DNA of 64,000 nucleotides from Desulfobacterales bacterium. GTDB lineage: Bacteria > Desulfobacterota > Desulfobacteria > Desulfobacterales > UBA2174. The notes under the pieces were generated by a model. It had not been told where the DNA came from and did not search any database. It saw nothing but the letters and a program-made list of their open reading frames with translations. The stretch lies in assembly GCA_963668645.2 (NCBI GenBank), contig CAXXWC010000001.1, forward strand, positions 32,001-96,000, written 5' to 3'. Shown here piece by piece: positions 58,597 to 64,000 of the stretch (position 1 is the first letter of the stretch; each line of letters begins with the position of its first letter). The position numbers and the translations under genes are program-made.

Positions 58597-60738
58597 ATGA
58601 TTCCACCTTCCTTGCATCACGGACCGGATCACACAAGGACCGCCGCCAGGCCGTCAGAATATCTCAACCGGATCGGCAGCGGCCCGCTGCTGGCCTTGCT
58701 CTTCGTGGTGCTGTCGGCCATCTATGCCAACAGCTTCCACGGGGCGTTCATTTTCGACGACTGGTTCAATATCGTCGAAAATCCGGGCGTACACCTGGAA
58801 AGCCTGGACCGCAAAAGCCTGGCCGGGGCCATGCACGGGCTTCGGGGCCGGATCGAGCGCCCCCTGGCTTACCTGTCCTTCGGCCTCAACCACTACGTTC
58901 ACGGCCTGGACGTGTTTGGCTACCACGTGGTCAATTTCCTGATCCACGTCCTGACCGCCCTGGCCATGTACCTGTTCATCCTGCGCATCCTGCGCCTGCC
59001 CCTGGCGGGCGGGGGCTGCGCGGACCGGGACAGGACCGCAGCCTTCCTGGCCGTGCTGCTCTGGTCCACCAGCCCGATCCAGGTCACGGCCGTGACCTAC
59101 ATTGTCCAGCGCATGGCCTCCATGGCGGCCCTGTTCTTCATCCTGGCCATGCTCTGCTGGCTCCTGGCTCGAACCGCAGCGCGCCCGTGCCGCAAGGCCG
59201 GCTGGTTGGCGCTGTGCCTGCTCTCCGGGCTGCTTTCCCTGGCCAGCAAGGAGAACGCGGCCATGCTTCCGCCGGCCCTGTACCTCTTCGACCTGCTGCT
59301 GGTTCAGGGCCTGACAAGAAATAATTTATGGCGCCATCTCCGGCTGGCGGCAGCCCCCCTGGCCCTGCTGGCCGGGGCCGCCTTCCTGCTGGCCGACCCC
59401 GTCCAGATCCTGAGCGGCGGCGGCTACGGGGAGCGTGACTTCACCATGTGGCAGCGGCTGCTCACCCAGCCGAGGGTTTTGCTCCTCTACCTGTCCCAGA
59501 TGCTCTACCCCATCCCGGAACGGTTCGCCCTGATCCACGAAATCGAGTTGTCCACCTCCCTGCTCCATCCGTGGACCACCCTGCCGGCCGTCGGGTTCTG
59601 GCTCGGCTGGTTGGGACTGGGGCTGTACCTGGCCGGCCGGCGGCCTCTGATCGCCTTCAGCCTGCTCTTCTTTCTGGTCAACCATGTGGTGGAAAGCTCC
59701 ATCCTGCCCCTGGAGCTGGTCTTCGAGCACCGCAACTACCTGCCCTCCATGCCCCTATACCTGCTGGCGGCCCTGGGCATCGTAGCCCTGGTCCGGGATT
59801 GCGGATTCAAACCGCTGGTCCGGTACGCGCTGGTCCTGGCCGTGGTGGTGACGGTTGCGGTCCAGGGCCACGCCGTGATCCGGCGCAACGCCCTGTTTGC
59901 CGATCCTCTCCGGCTCTGGGCCGACAACATGCTCAAAGCGCCGGGCACGAGCCGGGTGCACGTCAACCTGGGCAACGAGCTGTATGCCAGGGGAATGATC
60001 GATAAGGCCGCGCAGGCCTATGCAACAGCCCTGGAAGTCAACCGGTATCATCGCCGGAGTCTTCTGGCCGTGCCCTTGAACAATCTGGGAACTCACCATC
60101 TGCTCCTGGGCGACGTGGAACAGGCCCGCGCTTACTACGAACAGGCCATCGAGGCCGACAGGGGGCTGATCAAGGCCAGGATCGGCATGGTCGCGGTCCT
60201 TTTGGCCCGCAAAGAGCTGGACGCAGCACGGAACTTTCTGGAGCAGTCCCTGGAGTTCGCGCCGCACGACCTGAGCCTGCTCACGCTTCGCAGCCTGATC
60301 CGGCTAAAAAAAGGCGACCTGCCTGGTGCCATCTGCGCCGCGCGGGTCGTCTTGCGCAAACACCCGATCCCGTCCCCGGTCTACAAGGTCCTGGGCGAGA
60401 CCTGCCGGCGGCTGGGCGACTACACCCAGGCTCGCCGCTACTGGGTAAAGTACGCCAATGCCTTCCCCGAGGACCTGGAGCCCGGTTTGGCCCTGGTGCA
60501 AATGGCGGATCGGCTGAACAACCGCGAGCTGCTGGGCCGCGCCGCCCGCCGCCTGGCAGGGGCCAAGGGCGAACGGAGCTGGCAGGAGGTCTTTGAACTG
60601 CTGGACCGGCTGTACCGGCTCAACGACCTTGTGATCCCCGGCGATCCCCGGGACATGGTGCCGCTGATCAGCAAGGGGATCGGGGGACAAGGGATAAAGG
60701 CGGATCTGAACGAAGACTCGACCCACGACGCGACATGA
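58597..60738 (+). CDS. TMTC-like GT-C membrane glycosyltransferase with C-terminal TPRs
   Basis: FIFDD, RPLAYLSF, GYHVVNFLIH, SKE and EHRNYLPS; many TM segments; TPR repeats (HVNLG, LNNLG). Confidence 0.78.
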   Translation: MIPPSLHHGPDHTRTAARPSEYLNRIGSGPLLALLFVVLSAIYANSFHGAFIFDDWFNIVENPGVHLESLDRKSLAGAMHGLRGRIERPLAYLSFGLNHYVHGLDVFGYHVVNFLIHVLTALAMYLFILRILRLPLAGGGCADRDRTAAFLAVLLWSTSPIQVTAVTYIVQRMASMAALFFILAMLCWLLARTAARPCRKAGWLALCLLSGLLSLASKENAAMLPPALYLFDLLLVQGLTRNNLWRHLRLAAAPLALLAGAAFLLADPVQILSGGGYGERDFTMWQRLLTQPRVLLLYLSQMLYPIPERFALIHEIELSTSLLHPWTTLPAVGFWLGWLGLGLYLAGRRPLIAFSLLFFLVNHVVESSILPLELVFEHRNYLPSMPLYLLAALGIVALVRDCGFKPLVRYALVLAVVVTVAVQGHAVIRRNALFADPLRLWADNMLKAPGTSRVHVNLGNELYARGMIDKAAQAYATALEVNRYHRRSLLAVPLNNLGTHHLLLGDVEQARAYYEQAIEADRGLIKARIGMVAVLLARKELDAARNFLEQSLEFAPHDLSLLTLRSLIRLKKGDLPGAICAARVVLRKHPIPSPVYKVLGETCRRLGDYTQARRYWVKYANAFPEDLEPGLALVQMADRLNNRELLGRAARRLAGAKGERSWQEVFELLDRLYRLNDLVIPGDPRDMVPLISKGIGGQGIKADLNEDSTHDAT

Positions 60739-60846
60739 GGGCCGGATGAACTTTCGGCCCGCAATTTCTTGCAATACACAACCGTTTGACCTCGCTTAGG
60801 CTTCCTGGCATGGTGTCAGGCGACACCGCAGCGGGATCAAACAGCC

Positions 60847-61692
60847 ATGAAGAGCCGTCAAAACGTCACATTCCACCGCCACCCGGACCTTTCCGGCATC
60901 GAAGTCTGCCGGGTGGTGGACAGCGCCCATGCCTTTCCGAACCATGCCCATGAGCGGATCTTCGCCATCGGCCTGATGGCGGCCGGCGGCTCTTTCTGTC
61001 TCGGACCGGGCCGCCAGGAGGGTTTCGTGGCGCCCGGACGCATCGCCCTGATCAATCCGGGCCAGGTCCACTCGGGCGTCCCGCGCATGGATCATCCAGC
61101 CACCTACCAGATGATCTATATCGAAGTGGCCCGCATGACCGACACGGCCTCGGACATCTGCGAGATCGCCGGCACCCTGCCCGAATTCGAAGCCATCGTG
61201 ATCCAGGATCCGTTGTTATACACCCACTTGATGGGCTTTTGCCGGGATCTGGCGGCCGGCGGGGAGCCCCTGTCCCTCGAAACGGCCTTGATCGAGGCCA
61301 TGGCCCGCCTGGGGGCCAATCATGCCGGGATCCGCCCCCCAGCGGGCAGACCGGAAACGGCGCCCCGGCTCATCCGTGAAGCCAAGGACCTTCTGTCCGG
61401 CGATCTGGAAGAGCGCATTACCCTGGAGGCGGCCGCCAGCCGCCTAGGCATGAACCGCTACCGGTTCCTGCGCGTCTTCAAACGCGCCACCGGCCTTCCG
61501 CCGCACACCTACCGCACGCTACGGCGCATCGAGCAGGCCAGGGAACGGCTGCGCCAGGGAACGCCTTTGGCCCAGGTGGCGCTGGAAACCGGTTTTACGG
61601 ACCAGAGCCATTTTACCAATGCCTTTCGCCAGTATATCGGCGCCACTCCCGGTCAATACCTGTCTCTTGGGGCCCGCGACCATCCACGGTGA
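60847..61692 (+). CDS. AraC-family regulator (cupin + HTH); last codons replaced by IS sequence
   Basis: FPNHAH, NPGQVH, FKRATGLPPH and GFTDQSHF; the stop codon lies inside the IS end. Confidence 0.9.
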   Translation: MKSRQNVTFHRHPDLSGIEVCRVVDSAHAFPNHAHERIFAIGLMAAGGSFCLGPGRQEGFVAPGRIALINPGQVHSGVPRMDHPATYQMIYIEVARMTDTASDICEIAGTLPEFEAIVIQDPLLYTHLMGFCRDLAAGGEPLSLETALIEAMARLGANHAGIRPPAGRPETAPRLIREAKDLLSGDLEERITLEAAASRLGMNRYRFLRVFKRATGLPPHTYRTLRRIEQARERLRQGTPLAQVALETGFTDQSHFTNAFRQYIGATPGQYLSLGARDHPR

Positions 61693-61699
61693 ATTTGTT

Positions 61700-62434
61700 C
61701 TATGCCCGTGTTGCGGTCGGCCGGCAGTTGTCAGTCATGGCCAGATAGTCGAAGACCAAGCGGACGTTGCGAGCCAGTTGGCGCATTTTTTGCGCCACGC
61801 TGCGCACACCTTTGGATTTAATTGCGCTTACGGCAAAGCGGCGCAACCGGGTGATATTTTCAGGCCCGTGGCCTTTGCGGATACGGCTGCGGTCTTCGTC
61901 GAAGTTCCAGTCGATGATGTAATGGCATTTGTTTTCGATGCACCAATGGCCGCGGTTTATGGCCAGCAGGCATCGGGCGTCGGCCTGCTCGGCAGGTCTA
62001 CTGGTGATACCGTAAGCAATCTCAAATGATTGTTTGCCGCTTTTTTTGTCCGTGCATCGGCGTTCGATGACAAAAGCTTGTTGGACGTGAGGAAAGTCGA
62101 GAAACTCGTTGAGTTCGGTGGTGGTCCAGATCTTGCGCTCTTCGATGCGGCCGTGGTCGGGCGGGTCGCAAAGGATGAAATCGGGTTGGCCGCGGTCTTT
62201 GAAGTACAGACCGATGTCGTCGAACAGTCCGGGCTGGTTGTTTTTGACGGTGAAGTGGTAGTGGGCGCCGCGCTGCTCGACGATGTATTCGGCGAACTTT
62301 CTCTGTGTCAGCAGGGCATCGGCGGTGATGTCTTTGTTTTCGATCTTGATGGCATCGAGCAGGGGCTGGGCGGTCTTGATTTCGTTGGTGCGCTTGACCT
62401 TTTGGTCGTCTACGGCCAGGTTGCCGACTTTTTT
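61700..62434 (-). CDS. ISAs1 transposase C-terminal frame, reached by -1 frameshift
   Basis: Manual translation ...KRTNEIKTAQPLL...ITADALLTQ...FTVKNNQ... ending at TAG 61700-61702; in-phase A-AAA-AAG at 62434-62428. Confidence 0.8.
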   Translation of the reverse strand, partial: KKVGNLAVDDQKVKRTNEIKTAQPLLDAIKIENKDITADALLTQRKFAEYIVEQRGAHYHFTVKNNQPGLFDDIGLYFKDRGQPDFILCDPPDHGRIEERKIWTTTELNEFLDFPHVQQAFVIERRCTDKKSGKQSFEIAYGITSRPAEQADARCLLAINRGHWCIENKCHYIIDWNFDEDRSRIRKGHGPENITRLRRFAVSAIKSKGVRSVAQKMRQLARNVRLVFDYLAMTDNCRPTATRA

Positions 62435-63564
62435 TGGGTGTAGCAGGCACTGGTGGTATGGCCGACAACGCTCATGATGTGGGTCTGATAGCCTTGATCG
62501 TCAATGGCGTTGCACATGGTTTTGCCATCGATGGCCAGGCATTGGTCGCAGCCGGCGTGGATGCTGTTCCATTTTTGCAGGGCGTCGTCGAGGCGTGCCG
62601 GATCGACCCGGATGAGCACATCGCGGATGATCGACAGACTCGGCACGCTGTAGTGGCCGTTTCGGTAGCGGCATTGGAAGCGCCGGCGTGCTTTTTGTCC
62701 GAGGCTGTTGGCCCAATCGGAGATGGCCTGGTAGCCGCGCATGCCACACAGGGTTGCTGCGGCGGCGATGGCCAAAACGGTTGCCAGACGATGGCGTCGG
62801 CCTTGGGGGCGTCGCGGATCGGGGATGTCGGCGAAAAATCGGGGCAAAGATTGCATATGTTGAGCCGGCAGCATGATTTTAGGATCTCCTGTTTGATAAA
62901 GCGGTGGCAGCATGGTCTGTGACAAGAGGGTTTGCGCATCGGGGCGCAACGGTTTGACAAAAACCATTTTGGGTGAGTCGGCCGTGTCGCTGTATCCTTT
63001 GGCGTGCCGATGAAAACCTTTGGAGTTTCCGACCGCAGTCCAGTTGTCGGCTTTATAGATGGTTCCCTTGAAGCGCGCGGGATCGACGAAGGTTTCGAGC
63101 AACAGCACGGGATGTCCGAAAGCGGCTTGCCAGTCGGCGGGCAGTCTTTTTCGGCACAAGGCCAGGATGCGCGAGGCCATGTTTGGCAGATGCCAGTCGG
63201 GCAGGATCAGAAAACGGCTGTTGTTGGTCAACAAATTGAGCCGATCGAACTGATGGTTAAAGGGCCAACCGATCCACTGATCGCGAGCAGCACATTTGAG
63301 GGCGGGAGCGGAAAAGCTGACCAAGCCGACCCATTGATCACCGATACAGGCCGCATATCGCAGGGTTTCACCGATTTTGGGCAAGGCGCCCAAGTAATGA
63401 TGCCGGTGCATCAAGCTCTGGAAGCGCTGATCTTGATTCCGGCGAACTAACCGAACAACGACTTGTTTGAGATACAACACATCGCCCCCCATTAACGAAA
63501 GATGACCTGCCGGGGAGCTATATAACTGAATATCAAGGGGTTGTCCAGATGTTTTGATAACCAC
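62410..63564 (-). CDS. ISAs1 transposase N-terminal frame (DUF4338 + DDE_Tnp_1-associated)
   Basis: HHYLG, NNSRFLILP, ETFVD...F.GT.YKA.NW, IPDPRRPQGRRH and LAIDGKT. Confidence 0.85.
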   Translation of the reverse strand: MVIKTSGQPLDIQLYSSPAGHLSLMGGDVLYLKQVVVRLVRRNQDQRFQSLMHRHHYLGALPKIGETLRYAACIGDQWVGLVSFSAPALKCAARDQWIGWPFNHQFDRLNLLTNNSRFLILPDWHLPNMASRILALCRKRLPADWQAAFGHPVLLLETFVDPARFKGTIYKADNWTAVGNSKGFHRHAKGYSDTADSPKMVFVKPLRPDAQTLLSQTMLPPLYQTGDPKIMLPAQHMQSLPRFFADIPDPRRPQGRRHRLATVLAIAAAATLCGMRGYQAISDWANSLGQKARRRFQCRYRNGHYSVPSLSIIRDVLIRVDPARLDDALQKWNSIHAGCDQCLAIDGKTMCNAIDDQGYQTHIMSVVGHTTSACYTQKKSATWP

Positions 63565-63684
63565 TTGGAGTTTAATGGCTTATCGAATCAGCACGAAATC
63601 ACCATGCGCGACCATCGCGGCCAGGGGACGGCGTGATCCGACAGCCGTGACCGCTTTCGGCCGGCATCTTCCCGGAGGAATCGA

Positions 63685-64000
63685 GTGAAAACGTCAGCCA
63701 TGAGTATTGCCGCCGCCGACAGGATCGTTAGCGAGATGCCGCAACGGCGCGAGTACACCGCCCTTGCGGCCATCCTGGCGGCCACATTGCTGTGGGGCGG
63801 ATCGTTTCCGGCCATGCGCGTTGCGGTCCAGGCCCTGAGTCCCTGGTCGGTGATGTGGCTGCGCATGGTGACGGCCACGGTGCTGATGCTGCCTCTGGCC
63901 GGGAGGCTCCGGCCCCGGGGAATCTACCGCCGGGGCGACTGGCGCCTGCTGGTGCCGATGGTGCTCTTCCAGCCTTGTCTCTATTTTTTCCTGGAATCGT
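63685..64000 (+). CDS. EamA/DMT-family transporter (partial, runs off the window end)
   Basis: ATLLWGGSFPAMR...SP..VMWLRM...FQPCLYFFLE; GGAGG RBS before GTG 63685. Confidence 0.85.
   Translation, partial: MKTSAMSIAAADRIVSEMPQRREYTALAAILAATLLWGGSFPAMRVAVQALSPWSVMWLRMVTATVLMLPLAGRLRPRGIYRRGDWRLLVPMVLFQPCLYFFLES

Larger units (their letters stand above)
61685..63606 (-). mobile_element. ISAs1-family insertion sequence (1922 bp) with DUF4338-fused transposase
   Basis: 10-bp target duplication CGCGACCATC (61675-61684 and 63607-63616); imperfect inverted repeats CACGGTGAATTTGTTCT / CATGGTGATTTCGTGCT. Confidence 0.92.

Noticed and set aside
62890..63564. Druantia anti-phage system (DruA/DUF4338)
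   Set aside because: The domain is fused to a transposase inside an IS with IRs and a target duplication; no DruE or other Druantia genes are present.

Overview
High-GC bacterial chromosome segment whose gene content suggests a sulfate-reducing deltaproteobacterium (Desulfobacterales-like; this is inference). 1-14.6 kb is mostly housekeeping and metabolic: acyltransferase, NIL-ferredoxin, mnmA, mtaB, a polar amino-acid ABC transporter, nitrilase-family hydrolase, Old Yellow Enzyme, a LiuR-like MerR regulator with acyl-CoA dehydrogenase, djlA and an MFS transporter. 14.9-21.9 kb is a visibly lower-GC, GntR-led operon (atypical M24 hydrolase, TAXI-TRAP transporter, MtaA/URO-D-family methyltransferase, corrinoid protein), followed by an unclassified frameshifting IS. 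The highlight is a ~35 kb locus (26-60.7 kb). It combines a TonB-dependent receptor, a FecCD-type importer, a ChlD/ChlI/CobN chelatase set with an embedded ABC-2 exporter, an AraC regulator, and a hybrid type IV pilus/T2SS operon. That operon has three unusually large prepilins, a lipoprotein secretin, PilT, a chaperone and a TMTC-like glycosyltransferase. It may be an undescribed pilus-assisted system for scavenging and dechelating metal-tetrapyrroles. The window ends with an intact ISAs1-family element (10-bp target duplication) inserted into the last codons of an araC gene upstream of an EamA transporter. No rRNA, tRNA or CRISPR array was seen.
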